Shown here: piece by piece, positions 39,169 to 52,190 of the stretch
Layout: each line of letters begins with the position of its first letter
Position numbering within the stretch: position 1 is the stretch's first letter
Source: Scyliorhinus canicula
Taxonomy: Eukaryota
DNA length: 64,000 bases
Direction of reading: 5' to 3'
Assembly (NCBI RefSeq): GCF_902713615.1
Contig: NC_052148.1
Span: 195,439,757 to 195,503,756, forward strand
Position numbers and translations under genes: made by a program
The notes under the pieces: model-generated
What the model was told of the DNA's origin: nothing
Database searches by the model: none
What the model saw: only the letters and a program-made list of their open reading frames with translations

Positions 39169-40411
39169 TGGTGTCCCCTTCTTAAGTAGTGAAGTGTCAT
39201 TTACAATTTTCCAACTCTAGTGCACAATTCCTGAATCTCAGGAGTTTTAGTAAATTATAATTAATGCATCGGCAATTAACTCACCTATTTCTTTTAATAC
39301 TATTGTGTGGAAATCATCAAGTCCTAGAGATTTATCTCAGTCAGTCCTCACTAGTCCTAGAGCTCCAGGCATACACATGGCAGCAAGCCCACATCATTTA
39401 AAAGGCTTTCTTACCTCCTTGCTCCCCATCAAAGGCCATTATGCCTGGGCCCCATTTATAAATACTTGCACCAATTCACGACTGCATGACTCCTGGATGT
39501 GATAGGTGGAGCATAACGGGAAAGGAAGAGATTTTGGCATCCAGCCCATTCAGCACATTTAAATGTATGCAAATCGGTGGTCTGCGTGATCCCACTGGCA
39601 CGGAGGTGATAACCTACTACAGCCAACAGCATGGGAGCAAAAGCTGGGGACGGGCCTGCCAACCAGTGCTGATCCCATTTTCCGGCCAACACACCATTCT
39701 CTGTTCATCGGGGTTCCCAGTGGGGAACAGAGAACCCTGCCCATGTTGGGTGGCCCTGTAACATCTTAGAGGACACTAAAGTGTCGTTGTTTAGGGCCTA
39801 GAGTTGCACACAGACCAACCAAGTCAGGGCGACTGATTTTCTTCCTTAAAGGATATTTGAACCAAATGGGTTTTATGACAATCTGACAGCATCATAGTTA
39901 CCATTACTGAGATAACTTTTTATTTCAGATTATTGTGTACAAATGATTCCAGAATTTGTTTCAGTAGCAATATAACTTTTAGGTTGGAAATTAAAGTCTT
40001 AAATGTAAGGTAAATGTAAAAATCTAATCAGGAATCTAGTATACAACCCTAAGCTTAATGCACATTACACAAGCCTCCTATTATTACAGTTAAAATGTAA
40101 CCTGTGTTTATTGTAAAAGGGTCACAGTTGGAAATGAGAAAACGTAAACCCATCTCTTGACGTATTAGTGGAACCCAGGAGTTTGCAGAAGTATACATTA
40201 GAGATATAAATGAGTCATGCGAGTCCTAAAATCAGAAGAATTGTTGTTTTGATAAAATACAGATCATTTACATTTCTGATTGGAACATCCCAAAATATGC
40301 CACATTGCCATGGAGATAGGCTGAAGGAAGTTGCAAATTTTGTCTTGTGTAGGCTGTAGCTCAGCTGCAAATCTTGAGGAAAACAAAGCTGTAACATGTG
40401 CCTATCTAATC

Positions 40412-40708
40412 TGGGTAGTACAGTGGGTAACACTGATGCTTCACAGCTCCAGGGTCCCAGGTTTGATTCCCAGCTTGGGTCACTGTCTGTGTGGAGTCTG
40501 CACGTTCTCCCCGTGCCTGTGTGGGTTTCCTCCGGGTGCTCCGGTTTCCTCCCACAAGTCCCAAAAGATGTGCTGTTAGGTAATTTGGACATTCTGAATT
40601 CTCCCTCTGTGTACCTGAACAGGTGCCGGAATGTGGTGACTGGGGGCTTTTCACAGTAACTTCACTGCAGTGTTAATGTAAGCCTACTTGTGGCAATAAA
40701 GATTACTT
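40412..40708 (+). mobile_element. V-SINE, ATT-tail subfamily
   Basis: V-domain followed by CTGAACAGGTGCCGGAATGTGG...CACAGTAACTTCA...AAGCCTACTTGTG. Confidence 0.85.
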
Positions 40709-41342
40709 TCCTTTACTATCTTGGAGCTGGAGGACAAAATCTGCAGTGGTCTTCACAGTGAAAGGCAGATGACATTGTAGAGACTGTGGAAATGCAGCCT
40801 GTCTGTCCAAAGTCAGGCAAGAAGGCAGTAAAGCTAAAGCTGAATCCACAGCCATGAGTTCTTTAAAAAAAGTTTGAGAGTCACTAAGCCTAATGATAAT
40901 AGAAATATCCCCAGGAAATCATGTACCTCGGATGTGTAGCTGGAATATTGAGGCGAAATCAAAGTGAATTCTGGGGAGCTGTGGCATACTCTTGGGTTGG
41001 TCGCTGAAAAAGTGAATGACCGTGCAAGCTGTTGTCGGATAAGGGAATCTTTGCGGGGAAGCAAAAGTACAGCTGGATTCATAGCATGCATAGTTACAAA
41101 CTATATTGCTTACTTTAATGTTTCAATAAAGTACGTTTTTGTTTAAAAACATTAAATCTTGTAATGTTGTTCTTTCAGTTAATTACTGGGTGCTCAGATG
41201 TCTCTTTAAATGTTAATGGTTCCTGCTGGGATGGAAACAAGAGTTAGTGGATTAGTTAAATTAGACTAATTCCCCTAGTAGCCCGGGTGGGATTTGGACT
41301 CATGCCACCAACACATTAGCTGGAGCACTAGTCTACAAGTAT

Positions 41343-41533
41343 TGGCTGGAATTCTCCAGCCATTAGGATTCTCTTTTCCCACCAGCAGCGCACCATGGCC
41401 CACGGATTTTACAGCAGTGTGGGGTGGTTTCAATGGGAAATCTCATTGACAGATGGTGGGAAGAGAAAATCCCACCACCCACGAACAGAGCGCCGCTGAG
41501 AAACACGCAGCTGGGGGCCGAGAGAATCCCACT
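41343..41533. mobile_element. Short (about 190 bp) MITE with Harbinger-like TIRs
   Basis: GGCTGGAATTCTCC ... GAGAGAATCCCA; related pieces at about 21945-22067 and 61767-61860. Confidence 0.6.
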
Positions 41534-42689
41534 CATTGTCATTATGTTACTACCCCTACCTGTGATCAGAGTGCTTAAAGCACAAGAGGATTTTATTGTT
41601 TTATTTCCAGTTGTGTTACTGTAGAAAAACATCCTTTACATTGCCACTGCTAAATTTAGTGAAAATATCCCTGCCCTGCTGCAATTTTGATGTTTAATTC
41701 CTTGCTTGAAAAGCAAATGAGGTAGTTGTGGCTAAAGTCTTGACTCTGCCTTATCTGTTCAAAATCAGTTGAAAATTCCCATTTTTCATTCTTACCCAAC
41801 AGCCTATTTCCTAATAGGATGCTGTCTGTAAAGCTCTCTTGTAGCTTGGCAGTGATGAATCTATCATTTCTGCTGTCTGCAATTTTCAGCATTTCTTACT
41901 TCTGTTACTTCCTCAATCATTTTTCAATTGTGAGTTTTATTTTTCTAGCCAAAACAAAGAACCTCCTGTTAATATGGATTCCTCGCCTTCTGAACCCAGG
42001 CAAGCGACTCTCAGACGATATTCACTTATTTTTTCCTTCCGAAGCTCTCCTCAGTCACTATTGTCCCAGAATTTACTGCCAATGTCCTTGGCCATGTCTA
42101 GACAGATTATCCCAGCATGCCTAAGGTGTTGAAGCTTGGTTCCTTGCCTGGAAAGGCAATAAGCTATGGGATCTGTGCCACCTCCACTTTTATATCAAAT
42201 AGATGGATGTACACTTCCATTTAGCATTGACATGTCTGTGAGCTGACAGAACAATCCATCAACTCCCCCTTTCCCCCTCTTATCCAGCCAAAAGCTGAAG
42301 TCTAGACTATCTAGACATAAGGAAACAGGGTAAGAGAATATAAACTAACGCAATTACATTGTCTTAATTGAATAAGCGACTGGCATCTCATTTTCTGAGT
42401 GTGTTAAACAATAATGAAGAAACACGTGCACTATAATTGGGGAATACAGATACTGACCGCACTTTAACAGTCTTGCAATTGCTGATAAAGCTCATGAGAG
42501 GCCCAAAACAGGATTTGGACCAGCAAGATATGGGTTTCGGATTTCCCCTTCCCTACTCTGATGGTGCGATCAGGAAATGCCCACAAAGGGAACAAGCCAG
42601 ATTTTCATACATTGTAACATCAATAGTGTGCTTGACACCACTACTTTCACCCTCAACAAAGTTCCCCACCCAGCCTGACATCACCCTGG

Positions 42690-43254
42690 TGTCATGGGAA
42701 TGTCACTTTAAGAAATGTTTGTCTGCTCAAGTGGCTGCAGTGATGTCAGAGTGTGGGTGGAGCTGAGGTCTGGCTCTGCTTTTTACTTTCGCTTCAGGCT
42801 GTTTGCTACAGGGTGTGTTTAGCTTTGTTTTCAGAGAGAAGAGCTGCAGTGAAAGCCAGCAGATGTGCATGGATCTCTCTACAAGCTAAAGGGTATTCAT
42901 TTGGATGATTTCAAAGTGGTAACTGCTCTCAGTAGAGAATCTAAACCTGATCTCTGTGTTTAAAAGGGTCCTGTGTCTTCTGAATGTTGTTTTGGAATTT
43001 ATTAAGGGTTATCTATACTCTATTCTTTGAGGTTTTATTGGTGTTGACAGTTGGTCAGATGTTTACTGTGGGTTTATAAAGTGTGAACTGGTTTCATAAA
43101 TAAACATTGTTTTAATTTAAAAGTACTGTAGATTTCTGTTGTATTACACCTGCAGAGTAAGCCCGTGTATTCCCCATAACCACTCTATTAAAAATTGTCG
43201 GTCAGGTGATCTCCATGATACACTTTGGGATTCTCTAAACCCTGGCCCATAACA
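42690..43254 (+). mobile_element. Solo LTR, 565 bp
   Basis: TGTCATGGG ... CCCATAACA inverted ends; 4-bp TSD CTGG at 42686-42689 and 43255-43258; AATAAA near 43099. Confidence 0.88.
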
Positions 43255-44600
43255 CTGGCTTGAATCACTACTGGTTTCCAAAAACGTAAACCTGTTGTGA
43301 GGACTACACTGAGGATGCACAGGTAAGTATAGGTGCAGATGTGAGGGACATGCTTGGCAATGCCCAGGCACAACCCCTGGCAGTGCCATCTTGGCACCAG
43401 AGGATGAGCCACAGGGCACGAAGTGGCAGCAACAGTCAGCTCGGTCAGCGTGACTGGGAGGACTGGCAGCACGGAGCGTTGACCCCCCCTCCCCCCACCA
43501 TGGAGCATTGACCCCCCCCACCAAGACCTTTCCATCCCCTTCTCCCTGCACACACCTCTATCCTTCCTTCACCACCACCATCACTGCACGTCTGCAGCCA
43601 ACGATGCCCTCTCTGTGTCTCTGCAGGAGAAGCTCTCCCACAATCGCTAGGAGAGGGCGCAGACTGGCGGAGGGGCGCCAGACATAAGAATTCTCACCAC
43701 CTTTTGAGGAACGTGCCCTGGAGGTGACAGGGTGGCAAGGGCAGAGTAGTCAGCAGTTCAGAGGTTGGTGCATGCCACAGAGGTGAGGACCCATCAGTCC
43801 CCACCTGGAGGACCTGCCAAAAGTGAGTTGTTGATGCCAAACAGGCTGGCCTATCCCTCCTGCTGACCACATGCCAATTCTCCTGCAGGTCCTTCAGCCA
43901 ACGGCACTCACCCATCCGAGGGAGCTTCCCCTGCCCCCCAGGAGAATCACCACGGAGCAAAACTCAGAGGATGCAACAATCGAAGCGTCATAGCTGTCAT
44001 CACCACCCTCCACTAGTACAGAGACACACACCTTGGGAGGAAATGTTAGTGATCAGGCTCCTGGGGCATAATCTGGTGAGCACCACACACCTGCTGATGT
44101 ATCTTAGGTGGAGGCAGGAATGCCCAGGCAATACAGCAGTCTGAGGACTGCTGGATCCCAGGATCCAGTTGGGTCCCAGCCAGATGCTGAGCCTCTGGAA
44201 CAGGCTCTCCTGGAGCTGATGGAGAGGTTAAGGAGTGGCTAGGACATTCAGAGGGCAAAATGAGCGACACTCCAGGAGGTCCACAGTCAATTGGAGGAGT
44301 CCCAGAGGCAAAGTGTGCAGGAGATGATGGCGGATATGCTTGGCACTGATAGGATGGCAACCGCAGTGGAGAGCCTGGTGTATGATGTCAGCACCATTCA
44401 TGGAGGTGTCCAAGGTGTGGTGCAGTCGGTGACGGCGATGGCAGAATGTCTAACTCGCTGGGGGACACGACCCAGTACCAGGCTGAATTTGATGAGGCAC
44501 TGAGGGACATGTCCCAGTTTCAGATTGGCATGGCCGAGGCGCTGCAGAGCTTGTCCATGTTGAACTGAGACACTGTACCAGAGGGGTACAATTTGGATAT
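43255..44600 (+). pseudogene. Harbinger-derived region with ORF2 (Myb/SANT-like) exons 2 onward on the plus strand
   Basis: ctctgcag|GAGAAGCTCTCCCACAATCGC...QTGGGAPDIRILT; later EESQRQSVQEM...DRMATAVESLVYDVSTIHGGVQGVVQS, matching the 28-29 kb copy. Confidence 0.78.
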
Positions 44601-45959
44601 GGTGGATACCTGTCCCGATGATAACAAGATGGAAAATCGTGCTCAAGGGAGCATGTTGTTGCTTCTCAGAACCCCTCCCGCCGCCATAATGTTACACAGG
44701 ACCTTTCCGGTCCATTTGGAGCCATTCCTAGGTTACTGTGGCAACCCTACTCGGCTTACCCTTAATAGGCCCAGCAGAACCTACTCCTGCTGGAGGCAGA
44801 TCTCCTTTCCAGTGTGGACTTACAGAGGGCTCTAATATGGTTTTAAATACGCATTGAATCCAGAGGGTTTGATAACATTAACAAAGTTATTCTTCTGAGA
44901 GATATATTAAAAGTTTGTGGTCAAATTCAGGCCGATATCTGATTGAAGGGATTTAACCTTTGGGAATTGTGAGGAAATTAAGCCTGACCTTTAAATTCAA
45001 CAGTATGTGCATGGACTTTGAAGAGAAAAAAATAAATTGTAGATGGTGTTGTAATTTGCAAGGACAGAGGGATCAAAGGCAGGTAGTTTGATGAGGCGGG
45101 ATGTCAGATTTGAAGGGGAGGGTTGTTACAACACCCTGGCCAAGTGTGTGGTCAATTCCAGCCCCACTCGCCCCGGAGTTACAACATGACTGAGTTAACC
45201 AATAATTCTTAGAAACATTGCTTGGTTGCCCAATAATCACAGTCAACAGGTTTGTATGTTGAAGCACAATTACTGTTTCTTTATGTCAGGAATAATGATA
45301 AAATATGCAGTAAATACAACTGGATAACAACAAGGTAACCTGTTACCTGCTTCAACTGCCCCACCCTCTACCCACATGCGCAAGACAGACAAACACAGAA
45401 GGGGGAAAATAATAAGGTTGAAGGTCAAAAGATAAGAGTCTTTGCTTCAAATGGTGATTCTTTAGCATGCTTTCCTCATCACGCTTACAGAGTAAAGCCC
45501 TTAGTTTGCAGCCTGTGATGATCTTCTGTGTCGTTTAGAAATGTATTACTCGTCACTTTTCCTGAAGAGGCCCCTTTGCTTCACAGCAAACTCTGCTTCC
45601 AGTTCATGGTTTGCTTCCAGGCCTCTGCCTTATCAAGAGAGAAAGTTGGTTGGCTCTGGATTCTGCTGGAACAGCCTGTCATAGTTTTCCTGCACATAGA
45701 TTCATTCAGGCTCCACGCCAGTTTAGAAATGCAAACCATCAGGATATAAACGTACGGGGGAGAGGACAGCAGTTCTTCCTTGGGGCTGCTCGGAGTCAAA
45801 CTGAAATCAAAACTCAACCCTTGAAGCTCTGAAACATTGCAGTGGGATAATTTCCAACCACCATCTATTACTGGGCAGTGCACAGCCTTTTGGGCCCATT
45901 CATTGACCACCAGCCAAGTCAATCAAACCAAGTCATCACTGATTTTCTGTTTCTTTTGT

Positions 45960-46850
45960 TTTTAATTCATTTTTTCCAATTAAGGGGCAAATTTAGCATG
46001 GGCAATCCACCTACCCTGCACGTCTTTGGGTTGTGGGGGCAAAACCCATGCAAACACGGGAAGAATGTGCAAACTCCATACAGACAATGACCCGGAGCTG
46101 GGGGGGGGGGGGGGGGGGGGGGTTCCGGATTCTCCCGTACCCGGTGAGATGGAGTGGTGTGAACTACTCCAGCGTCGGGCCGCCCCAAAGGTGCAGAATA
46201 CTCCGCACCTTCAGGGGCTAGGCCGGCGCCGGAGTGGTTTGCGCCCTGCCAGCCGGCATGGAAGGCCTTTGGTGCCACACCAGCTGGGGCCGAAGGGACT
46301 CCGCCGGCTGGAGTGGGTCCGCGCATGCGCGGGAGCGTCAGCGGCTGCTGACGTCATCCCCGCGCATGCGCAGGGGTGGTTCGCCTTCGCGCTGGCCATA
46401 GTGGAGGCCTACATGGCCGGTGCGTAGGAAAAGAGTGCACCCACGGCACAGGCCCGCCCACGGATCGGTGGGCCCCGATCGCGGGCCAGGCCACCATGGG
46501 GGCACCCCTCAGGGCCAGATCGCCCCGCACATCCCCAGGACCGCGGAGCCCGCCCGCGCCGCCAGGTCCCACAGGTTAGGGACCTAGTTCAATTTACGCC
46601 GGCGGGACCTGCAGAGAATGAGCGGGACTTTGGCCCATCGCGGATCGGAGAATCGCCGGGGGGGGGGGGGGCACTGCGAGCGGCCGCCGACCAGCGCGGC
46701 GCGCTTCACGCCCCCGCCAATTCTCCGGCGCCGGCGGGGTGGGATTCATGCCATTCCCCGGCGATTCTCCGACCTGGCGGGTGGTGGGAGAATCCCACCC
46801 GGGATCGAACCTGGAACCTCGGTGCCGTGAGGCAGCAGTACTATCACCAA
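45960..46850 (-). mobile_element. V-SINE (short A-tail subfamily) split by a MITE next to its B box
   Basis: 3' part at 45960-46100; 5' part GGGATCGAACC...GTGAGGCAGCAGT at 46800-46850. Confidence 0.8.
46100..46800. mobile_element. GC/CpG-rich Harbinger-type MITE
   Basis: ...CGGATTCTCCC ... GGGAGAATCCCACCC; CpGs well retained. Confidence 0.8.
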
Positions 46851-47427
46851 TTTCAATCAACACAGCTTTCTGCATCCTTCTGTTTGAATTAAAGGCAGAC
46901 ACTGCCTTAAAGACACCTGTTCCTAAATCATTCATGGGGAAAAAAAATTAAAAGAAAGGGGAATTAAGGGAATAGACAGGAACAAACAGGAAGGACCCTT
47001 GCAGGATACAGTAGCTGAGAACAGTAAACCGCCGGCTACAGCACAACTGTTATCAAAGTCACAAATTACATCCTTTGCATCTGCCTTAAGTATTCTAATG
47101 ATCCCACCTCTGGGATTTCGAATAACCTTGTTGGCCATCAAAACAGCAAATGCAAGACCCTCTTAACTGGAAAGATGTATGTTACTTTAAGGTTGAGATT
47201 TTATTTTGTCGTTCAGACCAGCAAAGAACTAGAGATTCTTTCATCCGGAATTATACTGTCCTGGGAGCCCTACTTGAAATTCAAGAGCAGCCGGCAAATT
47301 TCTAAACCAGAGCCAGAGCTGGAGCGATGGGAGGGAATCATAGATAAAAGTGGGAGCTGATTCAAACTTAGATTAAAGATGGATGGAGTCAGAAAAGTTG
47401 TAATTAACTTAAATTTGGGACTGAAAT

Positions 47428-47746
47428 GGTGGCATGTGGCACGTTAGCACAGTAGTTAGCATGGTTACCTCACAGCGCCAGGGTCCCAGGTTCGATTCCA
47501 GGCTTGGGTCACAGTCTGTGCGGAATCTGCACATTCTCCCTGTGTCTGCGTGGGATTCCCTCGGATGCTCTGGTTTCCCCCCCACAAGTCCTGAAAGACC
47601 TGCTTGTTACATGAATTGGACATTCTGAATTCTCCCTCTGTGTACCTGAACAGGTGCCAGTGTGGCGTCTCAGGGCTTTTCAAAGTAACTTCATTGCAGT
47701 GTTAATGTAAGCCTATTGTGACATTAATAAAGGTTTATTATTATTA
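47428..47746 (+). mobile_element. V-SINE, ATT-tail subfamily
   Basis: A/B boxes, V-domain, tail ending TTATTATTATT. Confidence 0.85.
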
Positions 47747-48878
47747 AACAGTGCTATCTGTCACGGAACAATATAAATAAAGTAGAACCTGTGAAGAAGA
47801 TTGCATCCTTGATCGTGTGACCTGAGCGAATGAAACTGCTTCTGTGCAATATTGAATGCAGAGATAAACCGACACATTGCATTTAGATCTTTGTTCATTC
47901 TTAACAGAACCTTCGACATTGCGATCTTAAATTCTCCTTCAAGATTCCTCGACTTTAGTTGCTTCAAAATGTATTGTATTTGAGAATTGTGAACTAATTA
48001 TCCCCACAAAAAACATGGGAATAAAACATTAACTTTCCTTCTGGATGATCCGTTCTTTAAATGTTTGTAAATCTAGAGCAGTAATGTGGCTTCAGTTCTT
48101 CCTTCTGCAAATGGAAAACAGATTTTCTTTTGAATAAAGTAAATAATTGATCTAGGAGATTGAACTTGTAAAGTGTATGCCATTAGTTAGCTAATGGTTT
48201 TTTAATACTTCTGTCCATCAGCCAGGTCAAGCAGTATGTCAGCATTGCCAAACAGACCAAATACTCCAGGAGAGTTGGGGAAAGAATCAGAAAATGGGAT
48301 TTGGCGCCAAACCCTGGGTGGAGGAGCAGAATATAAAAACCGCTACTGCTAAAAAGGATAACAGCAGCACCGGACAAAGCAGGCAACCTGGGTGAGAAGG
48401 ATGCACATCAAGGTAAAGAGCAGCAAACTTCAGGCCGGGGAGCCCCCCACCCCCACCCCCCCCTGCCCCCACAGGACTGGGCAGTACACAGGCACCACCA
48501 TTACAGTGGGCATATTACTGACCACCCACCCCAGCCCCTGGATCTATACAGTGACACCGGCTGGATGGGTGCACCAACTAGCGCACCGCACCCCCCCCGC
48601 CACAGCGCGCCCCTGCACACCTCACCCAACTGGCCACCACCCACTGGGGGACCACCCAGGGCAACACCAACAGCAGCCCACTAGTGAGGGCGGTGCCAGC
48701 CAACGGTACCCCTGGCAGCAGGGGTGGGTGCCAGGACCGGGGGCACCGACCGGGTTGGGGGTGCACAGGTTGGCGGGGACTGCAGTGCCAACCGGGGCCA
48801 CCATGTAGCCCATGGAACCTGGGTAGGCGCGGGAGTATGCGCCATGCTAACATGTTGGCCTTTCACCCCCTGCAGAGA

Positions 48879-50115
48879 ATGGCATTTGGACACCAACCCG
48901 CGATGCTGGCCGCTGTGGCGATGGCCGCAGCTCTGCACGATGCCCTGCGGCAGCGTCAGCAGAGGCTGCTCAGAGAGGAGGGGAAAGCTGCAGCAGACAA
49001 AGAGGCTGCAGAGGGGCAGGAGGCAGCCACACAGGCTGGATGGCCGGCTGCCCAACAGGCCGAGGAGGAGGAGGTGCCAAGGAGGCACCGGATGAGGCCC
49101 CGCGAGTACTGCAACCGCATGTCATTTGAGGACCTGCCGGAACGGGCGTGCAGATGGAGACTGCGATTGAGCGGAGGGACAATGAGACACATCTTCCAGA
49201 TGATGGCACACCTGGCACTGCGGGGGTATAGGGGAGGACACCCTCTCCCAGTGGCCGCCAAGGTGACGGTCTCCCTGAACTTCTATGCGACGGGGTCCTC
49301 CCAGTCGCCAAATGGGGACCTGTCCGAGATCTCACAGACATCGGTGCACAGGTGCATCCGCGCTGTTGGGGAGGCCCTATATGCCCAGGTGGAGCAGTAC
49401 ATCCTGTTCCATGTAGACCAAGCCCACCAGGATACCCGTGCCAAGGTTTGCTGCTGACGCCGGGATGCCCGGGTCCAGGGGGTGATCGATGGCATGCATG
49501 TCGCCCTACGGACACCTGCGGACAATAGGCCGCTGTAGCCCAACAGAAACGTGTTCCACTCCATGAACGTCCAATTGGTCTGCGATCAACAGATGCGCAT
49601 CATGCACGTCTGCACCCGATACCCGGGCAGTGTGCATGATGCCTTCATATTGGCACATTCGATGATCCCCGCCATGTTTGAGGGGCAACCCCCCGGCTGC
49701 TTACCCATTGTGGTCGTGGCTCATGACACCTATCTGGACGCCGCTGAGCAACACAGAGACCAGATACAATGATGTCCGTGCAGCGACCAGGGGTGTGGCC
49801 GGGTGGTGCTTCGGAGTCCTGAAGGTGCGCTTCAGGTGTCTGGACCGCTCTGGAGGGGCCCTCCAGTACAGGGCTGGGAGGGTCGCCCACAACGTGGTGG
49901 TCTGCTGTGCCCTCTACAATAGAGCCCAGCAGAGGGGCGATGTGCTGAAGGCAGAGGGGGAGGAGCAAGGGCAGGCCTCGTCCGATGAGGAGGATGCGGG
50001 GGAGGGGAAAAATGAGTGGGACATGGGGCCTGGCCAGGAACGGGAGGCCGCACAACGCCATCGGCAGGGCCAAGATGCACTGGACGCCCTCATCGTGACA
50101 CGTTTCACTGACTAG
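48879..50115 (+). pseudogene. Harbinger transposase (HARBI1 family, DDE_Tnp_4-like)
   Basis: LNFYATGSSQ...DLSEISQTSVHRCI; VQGVIDGMHVAL; FHSMNVQLVCD; YPGSVHDAFIL; WLMTP; FGVLKVRFRCLDRSGGALQY; CCALYN; has frameshifts, a stop and a deletion over the GDxGY motif. Confidence 0.93.
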
Positions 50116-50215
50116 GGGGTAGGGGGGTTGCTGGCCAGGGGTAAGGACACGACCATCCCAGACCCACATCCCCTCACCTCCCACACAACTAAACCGCCTG
50201 CATGCTCATCCCCAC

Positions 50216-50622
50216 TATCATAATATGCACTCATGCACATCATGCGGTAAAGACAGGCAGTGATAGACACCCAGGTTAGCCAATCAACATACAGAACACA
50301 ACACAACCAATCACCAGACAGAACACCAGAGGGGGGCCTCCTACTATAAAACACACGAGGCATCAGCACTCCGCCTCTTTCCACTGGTGACAACTGTAGT
50401 GACAGTCAGGGTGTACATATCAGTTAGCACCTTCTACACGTGGCTCAGAGCTAGTCTGGTCTAGTTAGTTAGCGTTAGTATACTTAGACCCACAGCAAGC
50501 TGTGTGCATTGTTACAGAAGTTCAATGAATCGTATTGAAACAACGCCTAGGTTTGGTGTCTGCTTTACAGTCCAACTGCATCCAGTTGCAGTCCGTGTTA
50601 CCCCAGGGTGAATAACACAACA
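50216..50622 (+). mobile_element. Solo LTR inserted between the two Harbinger genes
   Basis: TATCATA (probably from TGTCATA)...ACAACA; imperfect TSD CCCAC/CCCTC; two CCAAT boxes; TATAAAA at 50345. Confidence 0.7.
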
Positions 50623-51074
50623 CCCTCCATGACACATACCTGTGGATCGATGACCTGGGGCCCTGGGTTGGCAGTAACAGCGGGTCTGGTCCATGGGATG
50701 GCAGCCTGCTCTGCAATGAGCTCTGGTGCTCCACGTTGTTTGACAATGTCTGTTCATACCCACGGTAGCATCTTCCACCTGGGTGATCCCTGCATGCGAA
50801 CTGGCCAGTCCATCACACGGTCCCGTAGAATTCCTGGGATGGAGGTGCTGGGGGCAGGGCGGGGAGGGAGGGTGTGGAGCCCAGGCCACCCACCGGGCCA
50901 ACACATGTCCCCCACCCCCCACACCCCCGGCCAGCACTGAACGGCCCTCCTCTACACCCCTCAGACGGAGCACCGAGGCAGGATTTAACGGTGTTAACAG
51001 ATGTTGATTGTAGAGGAATATGTACAGTCTGTGCCCTAGCCCCTATAACTCAACTGTGCCCTGCGCCTGTGCCA

Positions 51075-52190
51075 ACTTAACTGGTGTCTAACTTGCTGGC
51101 CTCTCGGGCCCTCACATTACACCTAGGTGGTTCCCCAGACGGTACAGCAGGAGTGGAGGCGGCCTGCTGTGACTCCTGCCCTGCGACAAGGCTGCATGTC
51201 TCCTGGGGCGACCCGGCCTGGATGGGCCCAGCCACTGCTCAGGCATCCCGGGTGGCGTGGTGCCGCCCTGTTCTGCCAGCTGCCCAGCAGATGCACCAGG
51301 GAGAGGAGGGGGAGTCCGAGGTTCTGCGCTTTTCCAACTCCTCCCCTGCTGGAGTCACCGGCATGGGCCACATCGGGCCTTCTCCCTCGGGGTGCCTAAT
51401 AGCCCCCAGGCTATTCCATAAGATGTGGGTGTGAGCGGAGCCATCCCCTGTGGCCCCCCGCCACCTGGTGCTACCAGTCCTTGAGGCCCGCTCCCTCTCG
51501 ACCAGTGTCTGCACGTTTGCGGCCATGGAGCACAGGGAGTGTACCATCTCCATCTGTGACTGTGCCACCACCCTGAGGGTCTGTGCCCATCAGCCAGTAT
51601 CTGGGCCACGTCCCTCTGGGTGTGGGCCAAGGCCCTCTGGACCTAGGACACCTCGCTCTGGGACTGGCCACCCCATGCCGGGCTGCACGTGGGCAATGCC
51701 GCTGATGTTCCCAGCCATGGCCTGCTGTGACTGGGCCATGCTGAAGAGCACTGCTGCAATTTCCAGGTGGCTCTATGCGAGGGCAGCTCTGTCCTGGGCC
51801 TCGGCACCCGTCTGCACACATGCCCCAGGCCATGGACACGCTGACCCAAATTCAGCACCATCGACCCCATTGCCTCCACCACGGTCACTACCTATACGGT
51901 GTCCGCCTGGGTGGCATGCATGACCGGCACCAACCCCCTGCTCCTGTACGCGGCTGGACTCCTCCACCTGCGCGTGCACGTGCTGGATTCCTGCCGTCAT
52001 CCCCTCTTGCAGTCCCTGGATCTCTGACTGCATCTCCACTGTGGCTGGGACTGGATGTTCCAGGAGCCCGGGACCCATCTGATTGGCAGCTGGTTCCAGG
52101 GTACTGGGTCATCCTTCTCTCCTCCACGGCGCCCAGGAGGGTGGCTAGCGCAGCGTCCCTGAACCGTGGCGCTGCTGTCTTCCAGCCACC
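51075..52190 (-). pseudogene. Harbinger ORF2 remnant (Myb-like N-terminus fused by deletion to the coiled-coil exon)
   Basis: AAPRFRDAALATLLGAVEERRMTQYPG then VEMQSEIQGLQEGM...MAHTQRDVAQIL...VAQSQMEMVHSLCSMAANVQTLVE. Confidence 0.8.

Larger units (their letters stand above)
45124..47003 (-). mobile_element. Possible LTR-like element interrupted by a SINE that is itself interrupted by a MITE
   Basis: Starts TGTTACAAC; sequence resumes after 46850 and ends near CCTTGCA; no TSD confirmed. Confidence 0.35.

Noticed and set aside
46100-46800. CpG island / host promoter
   Set aside because: CpG richness coincides with MITE boundaries, and related copies occur elsewhere in the window
47761-47967. 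Short ORF or acceptor-like site in unique sequence
   Set aside because: No recognisable product in any frame and no consistent exon boundaries
48684-50115. Host HARBI1 gene
   Set aside because: Frameshifted, lies inside a TIR-bearing element with a convergent Myb-like gene, and has a decayed paralogue at 12-13 kb; this is a transposon copy
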